The notes under the pieces were generated by a model. It was not told the origin of the DNA. It ran no database searches and saw only the letters and a list, made by a program, of their open reading frames with translations. From an uncultured delta proteobacterium (GTDB taxonomy: Bacteria > Desulfobacterota > Zymogenia > Zymogenales > Zymogenaceae), in the NCBI GenBank assembly GCA_963735595.1, contig CAVTLK010000001.1, positions 608,001-672,000 of the forward strand: a stretch of 64,000 nt of DNA. Direction: 5' to 3'. Of the stretch, positions 31,379 to 40,576 are shown one piece after another; within the stretch, counting starts at the first letter, position 1, and each line of letters opens with the position of its first letter. Both the position numbers and the translations under genes were made by a program.

Positions 31379-34300
31379 TCATGTAGATACCAAATCGTTG
31401 AGCATAGCCACCAGGGCATCGACGTCAAAGGGTTTCTCGATAAACCGATTATTGGTGATCTGTAAGAACGACTGCGTATCTTTGCTCAGTACGTCGCCCG
31501 TTATGAAGATGACTTTTTCGGCGATCTCCGGATGATGCTTCTGGATGTACAGGTAGAGTTCCCTGCCGCCGATCCCCGGCATCTTGATGTCCGAGACGAC
31601 TGCGTCGAAGTGTCGTATCTCAAGGAGGCTGACGGCTTCCTCGCCGGTTGACGCGGTTTCGAGGAGGAACCCGGCCTCTGCCAGGGCGTCGGAGAGGAGG
31701 TTGCGCAGCGACGCCTCGTCCTCGACCACCAGCACTCCTTTTGCGCCGGGTGGCGCCTGTATGTGCGCCCTGATCTCTTCCCGGACGGTTTTCCCGCCCT
31801 CTATGAGCGGCAGCGTTATGGTGAATTTCGACCCCTTACCCGGTTTGCTGTGAACCTCTATTGTGCCGTTGTGCTCATGGATGATACCGTAGGCCATGCT
31901 GAGTCCGAGCCCGGTGCCCTTCCCGACGTCTTTGGTCGTGAAGAATGGGTCGAAGATCCTATTGATGAGATCGTTGGGAATGCCCGGCCCGTTGTCCTCG
32001 AACTCCACCAGGATGAGACTGTCTTCCCTGTATGACCTGATTACCAGCGCCGCCTGTTCCTGCCCGGCGAGCGCGTCCCGGGCGTTGTTGATGAGGTTGA
32101 TAAAGACCTGCTGGAGCTGGTATGGGTCGACAAAGTTCTCCGGCAGGTCGTCGGCAAACGACGTACGTACGTCGATGTTGCTGACCCTCAGATCGTACTC
32201 CCTGAGCTTGAGCGATTCGGTCAGGATCTCGTTGATGTCGGTCATCATCCGCTCCGGCCGGTGCTCACGCGCGAACGCCAGCAGACCGCCGACGATCTTT
32301 GCCGACCGTCTCGACTCCCTCAGGATAACGTCGAGCTTTGCCCTGATATCGTCCGGCACGTCCCGCCTCGAAAGCAGCTGCGCGTTGCCGATGATTGACG
32401 TGAGCGGGTTATTGAGCTCGTGTGCCACCCCGGAGATCATAGTGCCGACGGCGGAGAGCTTTTCGGACTGCAGGAGCTGCATCTCCATTCTCTTCTTTTC
32501 GGTCATGTCCCGCGCGGAAGAGAAAAAGTGGACGGGCTTGCCGTTATCATCTTTCTTCAGGTTCACCGACACCAATACATCGATAGTCTCCCCGCTTTTC
32601 TTCTTTAACCTGGCCTCGAGGTTCGTTACATAGCCTTTTTCGATGATCCCGTTTATAATCTCCTGCCTGTCGTCCGGGTTCGAATAAAGTTCAAGCATCG
32701 TGATTTTGGAAAGCTCCTCGGGAGAGTAACCGAAGAACTCCTGAGCGGCATCGTTGGTGTCGATAAATCTCCCTTCGAGGTCGGTGATGCACATAAAATC
32801 CCGGGATGTCTCAAACAGGCTGCGGAATTTTTCCTCGGATGCTCTGAGCTCAAGCGTACGGTCGAAAAGGAGCCTGTTTATTTCCTGTATATTTTCCTCG
32901 GCTTGCCTGCGATCGGTAATGTCGCTGCAGGCCCCTATCATTCCGTATGCATTTCCTGTTTCATCGAACATGGCCGAGCCGCGGTCCGTCCAGTAGCGAA
33001 TCGTCCCGTCCTTCTGTATCACGCGGTATTCCTCGTTATACGGCACCTTCTTTTTCACATGCTGCTCTAACGCCGCCAATACCCTGTCGCGGTCTTCGGG
33101 ATGAATCACCTCTTCCCACGCCTCGATCGTCCGGGGGAATTCGCCCGGGTCATAGCCGAGCATTTCATCAATATTACCGTACCAGTCCAGGCTTCCCCGT
33201 TTGATATCCCACTCGTATATCAAGTCGCTCGCGCTGACGGCGCCGACGCGAAACCGCTCCTCGCTCTTCCGTAATTCGTCTTCCGCTTGCCTGCGCTCGG
33301 TAATGTCGGTTATCAGGCCCGTCAGGCCGATAACCGAACCGCCGTCCATGACGGGGTTCGATGACGAGCGGACGTAACGATAGGAACCGTCTTTCGTGAC
33401 AACCCGAAATTCCGCCTCCTCCTTGATTCCCTGGAGGCTCCGGCCGAAGCTGCCGATGAGATCAGGGAGATCATCAGGATGTATGAACTCGGCGAGGTTC
33501 TTCCGTACGTATTCGTCCGTTGTATAACCGGTTATCCCTTCCGCAACGGGGCTCATATACGTTATCGTTCCGTCAATATCTACATTAAACACAACGTCAC
33601 TGATATTCTCCACGAGCGAGCGGAATTGTTCCTCGCTTTTCTTGAGCGCTTCCTCGATCCTTATACGCTCGGTGATATCTGCATTGAATCCGTGCCAGAT
33701 TATGCCGCCGTCTGCCAGTTTCTCGGGTGTCGATTGGGCAAACAGCCATCTGACCGGCCCGCCGGGGATCTGTACTCGATATTCGCATTGCCAGAGCGTC
33801 ATGCGGTCGGCGCTCAATTCAATTGACGTTACTACTTTGTCAAAATCCCCGGGCACTATCGCTCCGGCGATTGGAGAGAAATCCTCGCGCACGTCCTGAG
33901 GCGAACAGCCGAAGATGTCTCTAATACCTTCCGAGGTAAATGGAACACAATAGGTTCCGTCGGGCCTCTTCAAGAACTGGAAAATCATCCCGGGGACGTT
34001 GGCAGACAGTTTCCTGAATCGGACGTCGCTTTCGCGCAGGGCGTCCTCCATCTGTCTACGCTCGGTGACGTCTCTGATGATCTCCAGCGAGCAGTAGTGC
34101 CCCTCCGGCATAAGGATCGGGGATATATGAATCTCGAGCACCGAGCCGTTCGAGTAGGTTGCTTCCTTAACGAACTGCTTATGCTCGCGGATGGTCTCCA
34201 GCGTAACGCATCCGTTGCACGGAACGTCGATGCCGTGGTAAAACTCGTGGCATATCTGTCCTATTCCATCGCCGAAACGCTCCTTCGCGGCCCGGTTTTG

Positions 34301-36757
34301 AAAAACGATCCGGTACGATTCATCGATGATATCTATCGAATCGTCCATGAAGTTGATCACGTTCTCATTGAACTTCTTGAGGTACGATATCTTCTCTTCC
34401 GCGCTTTTCCTTTCGGTGACGTCCTCAAGCATTCCCATCTGGCGCGACGCCTTCCCCTTTTCGTCCGGGACAAAGAACCCTCGATCGCGGATCCAAACGT
34501 AGTGCCCGCCCTTGTGCCGCAGGCGGTACTGGACGTCCCAGAAGGAACAGGCCGCCTCCGCCTGATTGAGGAGTCGCAGCGTCTCTTCCTTGTCGTCCGG
34601 ATGCAGCCACTCGAGCCACTGGTCGAACCCTCCGCCATATTCCTCCGGCGCGTAGCCCAGCAGCTCTTCCATCGTCAGGCCCCAGACGATCCGCCCGGTA
34701 GGAACGTCGTAGTCATAGGCAACCTGGCCCGAGGCCGCCACGACCAGCTCGTAGCGCTCCTTCCACTGACGAACGGCGTCTTCCCGCTGCCTGCGCTCGG
34801 TGACGTCCTGGATGGCGCCGCGAAGGCATATCGGGGACCCCTTCGCGTCCCGGACGATCTCTCCGAGCGCGTAGATCCATTTCGCCTCGCCCGCGGGGGT
34901 TATGATGCGGTATTCGAGCTCGTACGTATCCTCATCCTCGACGGCCTGAACGACAATCCGCTCGGCCATCTCCCGGTCGTCCGGGTGCACCAAGGTCAGG
35001 GTGTCGGAAACGACCGGCGTATAGACAGCCGGGTCCCGGCCGAAGATTTTGTAAGTCTCATCGGACCAGACCAGCCGGTCGGTGACGAGGTCCCAGTCCC
35101 AGCTCCCCACGGAGGCGATTCGCTGGGCCATCGACAGGGTGCGCTCGCTTTCCTGAATCTTTTCTTCGGATATCCTCCTCTCGGTGATGTCCTCGGTGAA
35201 TCCCTCGAAGTATTCTATCGTGCCCTCGGAATTATAGACGGGATGCACCGACTGCCGGCCCCACCTGATGCTCCCATCTCTTCGCTTGAACCGGCCTTCG
35301 GTGGTGGCCCAGCCGTCTTTTCGTATAGCCTCTTCCAGAAGCGCCGAGCGCTGCCCGGGCTCAGCGTACAGCTCGGATGCGATATCCTTCACCGAGGAAA
35401 CCATCTCTTCGGGCGAATCGAACCCGACCATGCGCGCCAGTGCCGTGTTGACCCGCAAATATTTCCCCTCGGGCAGGGAATGGAAGATCCCGACCGTCGC
35501 CCCCTCGAAGAGGTGGCGGTAGCGGCCTTCGCTTTCGATCAGCGCCTCCTCGGCCCGCTTGCGGTCGGTGATGTTCTTGATAACGTGGACCGACCCGACG
35601 ACGTCGCCCTTCGCGTCGAAGATCGGCGAATCCACCAGCTGCATATAGATACCAAGCCTCGGCTCGAATATCTCCCCCTCCACGCTCCGTTTGGTCTCGA
35701 AGACTTTACTGTGCGGGCAAAACGGGGGTGGTTCCGTTGTCCCGTGGATCACCTCGTAGCAGAACTTGCCGATAAGGTCTTTCGGGCTTATCTTGACGAA
35801 ATCAGCGAAAGACCTGCTCACCCTTTGTATCCGGTAGTCGGCGTCCTGGATGGAGATCATGTCCGTGATGGAGTCAAAGGTGGTTCTCCATTCCTGCGCG
35901 GCCCTCAACAGGGCCGCCTCGGACTTCTTGCGCTCGGTTACGTCTCGCCCGACGCCGATGATCTCCCTGGGTTTGCCGTCCGCGTCCCTCACCAGCGTCA
36001 CGGCGAGTTCACCCCAGATGGTCGTCCCGTCTTTTCGGTAAAATTCAAGCTCCATGCTCCGGGATATCGTAACGTCTTTGTTGGCAAGCCGCTCAGCGGT
36101 CATTTCTTCGGCAATGATGCTCTTGAGGGTTTTAAGCGACTGGGGCGTTACCTGTTTGTCAAGCGGCAGGGCGTTAAGCTCTTTCAGCGTATATCCGCGG
36201 TCCTTGGTCACCGACGGGCTGATATAGGTCGCCTTGAGGTTGAGATCCATGACCCACACGGTATCGGTCATGTTCTCGGTTATCGTGCGGTAGTGTTTTT
36301 CGCTGAGCCGGACTTCCTCGTGCAGCGCCCCGTTTTCGATCACGAGGCGCTGCTTTTCGAGAGCGTCGGTGACTACAGCCAGGACTTCATCCATGTTAAG
36401 GGGCTTAATGAGGTATCTCTGAGCCCCTTCGTTTATCGAGCGCACCGCCGAATCAAGGGTTGGGTCCGCGGCAACCATGACGATCGCCGTGTCCGGTTGC
36501 AGCTTCTTGAGCGGCGCTATCAGTTCGGTCCCCGGCGTATCGGGAAGTCCGATATCAAGCAGCACCACATTGAAGGGCTTTCCACGCGCGGCGGTAATCG
36601 CCTCGTTTGCCGTCCCGACCGCGAGAACCTCAAATCCCTCCTTTTTGAATATCGCGGAGAAGCGCTTGCGCGCGCCCGTATCGTTATCGACAATCAGGAT
36701 TGTCGGCTTCCCGTTCATTGTTTTCCCTGCCTTGACCATATCCTGCGCCTTTTTCAT
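31379..36757 (-). CDS. Large hybrid histidine kinase (REC, about 10 PAS, kinase, REC), 1792 aa
   Basis: N-terminal REC, ten repeats ending in D(I/V/M)T-E/D-R/K, GVAHELNNPL, C-terminal REC. Confidence 0.95.
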   Translation of the reverse strand: MKKAQDMVKAGKTMNGKPTILIVDNDTGARKRFSAIFKKEGFEVLAVGTANEAITAARGKPFNVVLLDIGLPDTPGTELIAPLKKLQPDTAIVMVAADPTLDSAVRSINEGAQRYLIKPLNMDEVLAVVTDALEKQRLVIENGALHEEVRLSEKHYRTITENMTDTVWVMDLNLKATYISPSVTKDRGYTLKELNALPLDKQVTPQSLKTLKSIIAEEMTAERLANKDVTISRSMELEFYRKDGTTIWGELAVTLVRDADGKPREIIGVGRDVTERKKSEAALLRAAQEWRTTFDSITDMISIQDADYRIQRVSRSFADFVKISPKDLIGKFCYEVIHGTTEPPPFCPHSKVFETKRSVEGEIFEPRLGIYMQLVDSPIFDAKGDVVGSVHVIKNITDRKRAEEALIESEGRYRHLFEGATVGIFHSLPEGKYLRVNTALARMVGFDSPEEMVSSVKDIASELYAEPGQRSALLEEAIRKDGWATTEGRFKRRDGSIRWGRQSVHPVYNSEGTIEYFEGFTEDITERRISEEKIQESERTLSMAQRIASVGSWDWDLVTDRLVWSDETYKIFGRDPAVYTPVVSDTLTLVHPDDREMAERIVVQAVEDEDTYELEYRIITPAGEAKWIYALGEIVRDAKGSPICLRGAIQDVTERRQREDAVRQWKERYELVVAASGQVAYDYDVPTGRIVWGLTMEELLGYAPEEYGGGFDQWLEWLHPDDKEETLRLLNQAEAACSFWDVQYRLRHKGGHYVWIRDRGFFVPDEKGKASRQMGMLEDVTERKSAEEKISYLKKFNENVINFMDDSIDIIDESYRIVFQNRAAKERFGDGIGQICHEFYHGIDVPCNGCVTLETIREHKQFVKEATYSNGSVLEIHISPILMPEGHYCSLEIIRDVTERRQMEDALRESDVRFRKLSANVPGMIFQFLKRPDGTYCVPFTSEGIRDIFGCSPQDVREDFSPIAGAIVPGDFDKVVTSIELSADRMTLWQCEYRVQIPGGPVRWLFAQSTPEKLADGGIIWHGFNADITERIRIEEALKKSEEQFRSLVENISDVVFNVDIDGTITYMSPVAEGITGYTTDEYVRKNLAEFIHPDDLPDLIGSFGRSLQGIKEEAEFRVVTKDGSYRYVRSSSNPVMDGGSVIGLTGLITDITERRQAEDELRKSEERFRVGAVSASDLIYEWDIKRGSLDWYGNIDEMLGYDPGEFPRTIEAWEEVIHPEDRDRVLAALEQHVKKKVPYNEEYRVIQKDGTIRYWTDRGSAMFDETGNAYGMIGACSDITDRRQAEENIQEINRLLFDRTLELRASEEKFRSLFETSRDFMCITDLEGRFIDTNDAAQEFFGYSPEELSKITMLELYSNPDDRQEIINGIIEKGYVTNLEARLKKKSGETIDVLVSVNLKKDDNGKPVHFFSSARDMTEKKRMEMQLLQSEKLSAVGTMISGVAHELNNPLTSIIGNAQLLSRRDVPDDIRAKLDVILRESRRSAKIVGGLLAFAREHRPERMMTDINEILTESLKLREYDLRVSNIDVRTSFADDLPENFVDPYQLQQVFINLINNARDALAGQEQAALVIRSYREDSLILVEFEDNGPGIPNDLINRIFDPFFTTKDVGKGTGLGLSMAYGIIHEHNGTIEVHSKPGKGSKFTITLPLIEGGKTVREEIRAHIQAPPGAKGVLVVEDEASLRNLLSDALAEAGFLLETASTGEEAVSLLEIRHFDAVVSDIKMPGIGGRELYLYIQKHHPEIAEKVIFITGDVLSKDTQSFLQITNNRFIEKPFDVDALVAMLNDLVST

Positions 36758-37360
36758 AGAACCTCACCCATGCGAATCAAAGACGATGAGAGCGACGAAC
36801 CGGGTTTCCCCGGAATTCCAAACCGGCCGGCCCTCGAACAGGTCGCCGGATTCACTCGGGCCGGCAACTCCACGGAAAGGAATAGCCCGTCCCCCCGGTC
36901 CCGTCGGCAGTAACGGCCCGGTTCCCTACTGCTGAAACGAACAAATAATTCCACTATATCGGTTATTTACCGTCGTCCCTGTAAAATACAAACGTTTCCC
37001 GGAGAGGTGCGATCCGTATTGGGTTATGGTGATTCCGGCCAATCCGAATGGGACGGCGAAGAGCTGCTCGATACGAAGTAAGAAGAGACGGATGGCCTGA
37101 CGAGAAAAAACACTCCATCATATCGGCTAACGGAATAGTTGAATATATTAGTTATTTTACTATTCAATTCCGGTTTTGTCAAACCGCGCAGCTGAACGTG
37201 AAGTGTAATATGAAGAATTCCTGCTATAGATGATGCAATAAATAGCACGCAGGAATACGATTCAATAGTAATATTTTGTTAAATGCATCTTCCGGTAATT
37301 TCTTTTTTTTATTTTTGGGGGGCTTCGTAGCGGCCGCGCAGACCCCCGTCCTGAAGACGC

Positions 37361-37434
37361 AAAAAGGGGTTACGGCAATTGCCGTAACCCCCCGCTGTCA
37401 TTGGTCGGGACGGGAGGATTTGAACCTCCGACCC
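37361..37434 (-). repeat. Copy C: tRNA-Pro 3' end plus terminator (att-like repeat)
   Basis: TGGTCGGGACGGGAGGATTTGAACCTCCGACCC matches 40389-40421 with 1 mismatch; adjacent hairpin GGGGTTACGGC-AATT-GCCGTAACCCC with a U-tail on the minus strand. Confidence 0.9.
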
Positions 37435-37575
37435 GATGGGAACCGGTAATGAGGAGATCGCATCTCGCAATGAAACCACTGAACGCGGGACGAATGGAGA
37501 GATGCGAAAAGGCAACGAAGGGCCCGGTGATCTCAAGGCTCACGATCGATTCACCGGTACTCCGTGAGCAGGGGA

Positions 37576-38310
37576 CTAACGCTTGAGACTTGTCTGACTG
37601 CCTCCTCTCTCATCATCCTTGTCATTCCCCTCGACGCCCCTCTTTCCCCCGGGCGGGAAGACCATCATCTTCTGGAGGAAGTGGTAGGTTGTCTCTCCTG
37701 ACGCCCTGGAGGGCATGGGCGGCAATTTGTCTCCCGTTACGGTGATTTCTTCCCCTCCGACGACGAAAATCGGTGGCAAATCCGGGAAATAAGTCGGGGC
37801 GAGATAGACGGCGCCCTTAATAGTCAATAGGTGCGTGGTGCCTCCGTCCGGGTCGCGGGTCACGCCGAAGTCCGTCCCCCGCACTCCGACCGTCGCATTA
37901 CCCGTCTCAATAGTGAACCGAGAATCCTTGCTGACAAAGGGAACGACGATCGCCCTGATCTTGCCTTTGAGCAGCCCGAATGTGCTGGTGGATACCTTCG
38001 TGACCTCCAGCGTATTGAGCTCCTTGATCACGACCCGGCTGTTTGCCCCTATCACGATCGTGCTGCCATCGGAGAGCATAAGCTCGACCTTCCCCTTATC
38101 GCTGGTTTCGATCATGTCACCGACGCCAAGCCGTGTCCCCTTGACGAGCCGCACAAAACTCGTCTCCGCCCTGAATGTGACTTCCGGGAACCCCCTCGTA
38201 TCTACGACCACGGCGTCGGCCGGGTTCTGGCCCCGGGCGTCTACAAAACCCGCGACAATCAGTAACGTCACTACGGTACATACGGTCCCTATGCTCCTCA
38301 ACGACATCAC
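37576..38310 (-). CDS. Secreted/periplasmic FecR-domain protein
   Basis: Signal peptide, GDMIET, L.LSDGSTI, F.IETGNATVGVRGTDF. Confidence 0.85.
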   Translation of the reverse strand: MMSLRSIGTVCTVVTLLIVAGFVDARGQNPADAVVVDTRGFPEVTFRAETSFVRLVKGTRLGVGDMIETSDKGKVELMLSDGSTIVIGANSRVVIKELNTLEVTKVSTSTFGLLKGKIRAIVVPFVSKDSRFTIETGNATVGVRGTDFGVTRDPDGGTTHLLTIKGAVYLAPTYFPDLPPIFVVGGEEITVTGDKLPPMPSRASGETTYHFLQKMMVFPPGGKRGVEGNDKDDERGGSQTSLKR

Positions 38311-38349
38311 CTATCCCTCCTTTTTCGCGCAATATACCGTTCCAGTACT

Positions 38350-38378
38350 ATGATACCCCTCTCCATTGTGATAGTCAA
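38350..38378 (-). promoter_or_regulatory. sigma70 promoter of the FecR-domain gene
   Basis: TTGACT-17-TATCAT on the minus strand between terminator copy B and the AGGAGG RBS. Confidence 0.7.
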
Positions 38379-38426
38379 CGTACTTCCTTCTCTCCTCTTC
38401 CCGGTTCCATTTCCGGCATAATCCAT

Positions 38427-38517
38427 AAAAAAGGGGTCACGCGAACCGCGTAACCCCTTGATATTCTTGGTCGGTACGAGAGGATTTGAACCTCCGACCA
38501 TAGGCCCCCCCGTCATG
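38427..38517 (-). repeat. Copy B: tRNA-Pro 3' part plus terminator (att-like repeat)
   Basis: TGGTCGGTACGAGAGGATTTGAACCTCCGACC (1 mismatch to the tRNA), a degenerate anticodon arm CCCCCCGTCATG, and a terminator identical to the one after the intact tRNA. Confidence 0.9.
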
Positions 38518-38562
38518 CAGAGCCGGTGAGGCGAACCCCCTGATACTGCAGCGAAAATGATC

Positions 38563-40248
38563 TCAGGGTCGAGGCCCGTTTCCTTCCCAGCCCTTCAGAC
38601 CATTGACGTAAACCTGCGTCGAGGCGCTGGTAACGGTGTGATCGGTGATCACGTTGACGCAGGCGGGTTTGCCCGATTGCAGGGCTCTCTCAATGGCCGG
38701 GGCGATCTGTTCGTCACTGGTGACGAACTCGCCGTAACCGCCCAGGGACTCTACCATGCGCTCGTAATGGACGATGCCCAGCTCGGTACCGCATACGCGG
38801 TCCATCCCGTAGCACATCTCCTGGGAATGCCTGGCGGAGCCCCACGCCTGGTCGTTGCAAATGACCGAGACCACCGGGATAGAGTGGCGGGCGGCGGACT
38901 CGAACTCTATGGCATTGAAACCGAAGGAGCCGTCGCCAGAGACGAGGATGACCTTCGCCTCGGGGCGTGCCAGCTTGGCGGCCATGGCGAAGGGAAGACC
39001 TATGCCCAGGCTTCCGAACTGGAGCCCGTTCGCGATGACGCCGGACTTCACGCCTGCACGCAGGGTGATAAGGCCGAAATAGACGGTGTCGCCCCCATCT
39101 ATGATATAGATGGCGTCGTCCCCCGCTACGTGTCTCAGCTGATGCATGAGCCGGAAGGGATGGATAGGGTCGGTGGGTGTCTCCATCTGCTTCCGGTCGC
39201 CCTCGCTCACCGCCGTCTGGATGCCCGCGAGGGTTTCGATCCATTCGCCGCGCTTTCTTTCCTTTACCCGGCGGTTAAGCTGCCGGAGCACCGCGCCGGC
39301 ATCTCCGACCAGGGCGACGTCGGCGACCCGGTTTCTGTTCACCTCGACGGGATCGATATCCACCCGTATCACCTTGGCGTTGGCCATATAGTCCCCGTAG
39401 CTGAGGACCCAGTTGAACCGGATGCCGACGGCCAGGACCACATCTGCCATGGTCAGGGCGGCGAATGATCCCGCGAACCCTCCCGGCCAGAGTGAGAGGG
39501 GGTGCTCGTCCGGGATGGCGCCGCGTCCGCAGTTCATCAGCAGGGTGGGAATGCCGGCTTTTTCCACCAGCTTCAAAAGCTCTGCGTCGGCGTCGCTCCA
39601 GCAAATTCCGTCTCCCGCCACGAGAATCGGTTTCTTGGCGTTGTTGAGGAGTTCGGCTGCTTCCTCGATCAGGCCCTCGTCCGGTGACGCCGGGATAACG
39701 GCGCCGCGTTTAGCCGGCAACAGGATCTCGGCCCCTCCAAGCGGCGGAAAGAGGATATCCGGGGGGAGTTCCAGGTAAACGGGACCCGGCCTGCCGGACA
39801 CCGCGTGCGTGAACGCCGTCGCCAGGTATTCGGGGATCCGTGCCGCCTGGTGGCATTTACCCGTCCACTTAGTGACCGGCTTGATCATATCCACCTGGTT
39901 CACATCCTGGAGGGCTCCCCTGTCCAGCTCGCGTATGGAGCCTACGCCGCTCAGGACCACCATGGGGGCGCCCTCGTAGTAGGCGTTGGCGACCCCGGTG
40001 AGGGTGTTCGTGAACCCCGGACCGGCGGTTACCACGCATACCCCCGGCCTGCCCGTGTATATGGACCAGCCGTGGGCCATCATCGCGGCGGCCTGTTCGT
40101 GGCGCACGTCTATGACCCTGATCTTGTGCTCCAGGCAGCCGTCCAGAATGGGCATGATATGCCCGCCGGAGATAGAGAACAGGGTATCGACCCCCTCTAT
40201 TTCCTTCAGGTACCGGGCAACAACGTGTCCGCCGTGCGTGTCTCCCAT
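38563..40248 (-). CDS. Thiamine-diphosphate-dependent enzyme (acetolactate synthase-like; benzaldehyde lyase / 2-hydroxyacyl-CoA lyase-like)
   Basis: RHEQAA, TAGPGFTN, GRPGPVYLELP, GDGSFGF..NDQAWG. Confidence 0.88.
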   Translation of the reverse strand: MGDTHGGHVVARYLKEIEGVDTLFSISGGHIMPILDGCLEHKIRVIDVRHEQAAAMMAHGWSIYTGRPGVCVVTAGPGFTNTLTGVANAYYEGAPMVVLSGVGSIRELDRGALQDVNQVDMIKPVTKWTGKCHQAARIPEYLATAFTHAVSGRPGPVYLELPPDILFPPLGGAEILLPAKRGAVIPASPDEGLIEEAAELLNNAKKPILVAGDGICWSDADAELLKLVEKAGIPTLLMNCGRGAIPDEHPLSLWPGGFAGSFAALTMADVVLAVGIRFNWVLSYGDYMANAKVIRVDIDPVEVNRNRVADVALVGDAGAVLRQLNRRVKERKRGEWIETLAGIQTAVSEGDRKQMETPTDPIHPFRLMHQLRHVAGDDAIYIIDGGDTVYFGLITLRAGVKSGVIANGLQFGSLGIGLPFAMAAKLARPEAKVILVSGDGSFGFNAIEFESAARHSIPVVSVICNDQAWGSARHSQEMCYGMDRVCGTELGIVHYERMVESLGGYGEFVTSDEQIAPAIERALQSGKPACVNVITDHTVTSASTQVYVNGLKGWEGNGPRP

Positions 40249-40348
40249 GATCCCCTCCTTCCGATGCAGGATTAAGAATTGACGCGTCGAACGGGGCGGT
40301 TCTGAGTGCAGTGAATAAATTTTACACTATTTTGACAAAAGACAAAAG

Positions 40349-40380
40349 AAAAAAGGGGTCACGCGAACCGCGTAACCCCT
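40349..40380 (-). terminator. Terminator of tRNA-Pro (copy A)
   Basis: GGGGTTACGCG-GTT-CGCGTGACCCC followed by a U-run on the minus strand. Confidence 0.85.
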
Positions 40381-40388
40381 GCTATCAT

Positions 40389-40466
40389 TGGTCGGGACGA
40401 GAGGATTTGAACCTCCGACCCCATGACCCCCAGTCATGTGCGCTAACCAGTCTGCGCTACGTCCCG
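40389..40466 (-). tRNA. tRNA-Pro(GGG)
   Basis: CGGGACGTAGCGCAGACTGGTTAGCGC..CATGA-CTGGGGG-TCATG..GGTTCAAATCC..CCCGACCA. Confidence 0.96.
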
Positions 40467-40576
40467 ATTTTTTCTATCTGTTGTATCCCCTCAGCGGCCG
40501 GATAGGCCCCCCTCACACCCCTCGCCCTACCGTAATATGTCATGATAGTAAAAAAGAAAAAAAAGTGCAAGACAAA

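Noticed and set aside
34097..36913. 938 aa ORF on the plus strand
   Set aside because: Antisense shadow of the 1792 aa kinase, explained by GC-rich codon bias; no recognisable motifs.
37402..37575. Intron-split or permuted tRNA-Pro at copy C
   Set aside because: No matching 5' half or group I/II intron hallmarks nearby; better explained as a duplicated 3' end.
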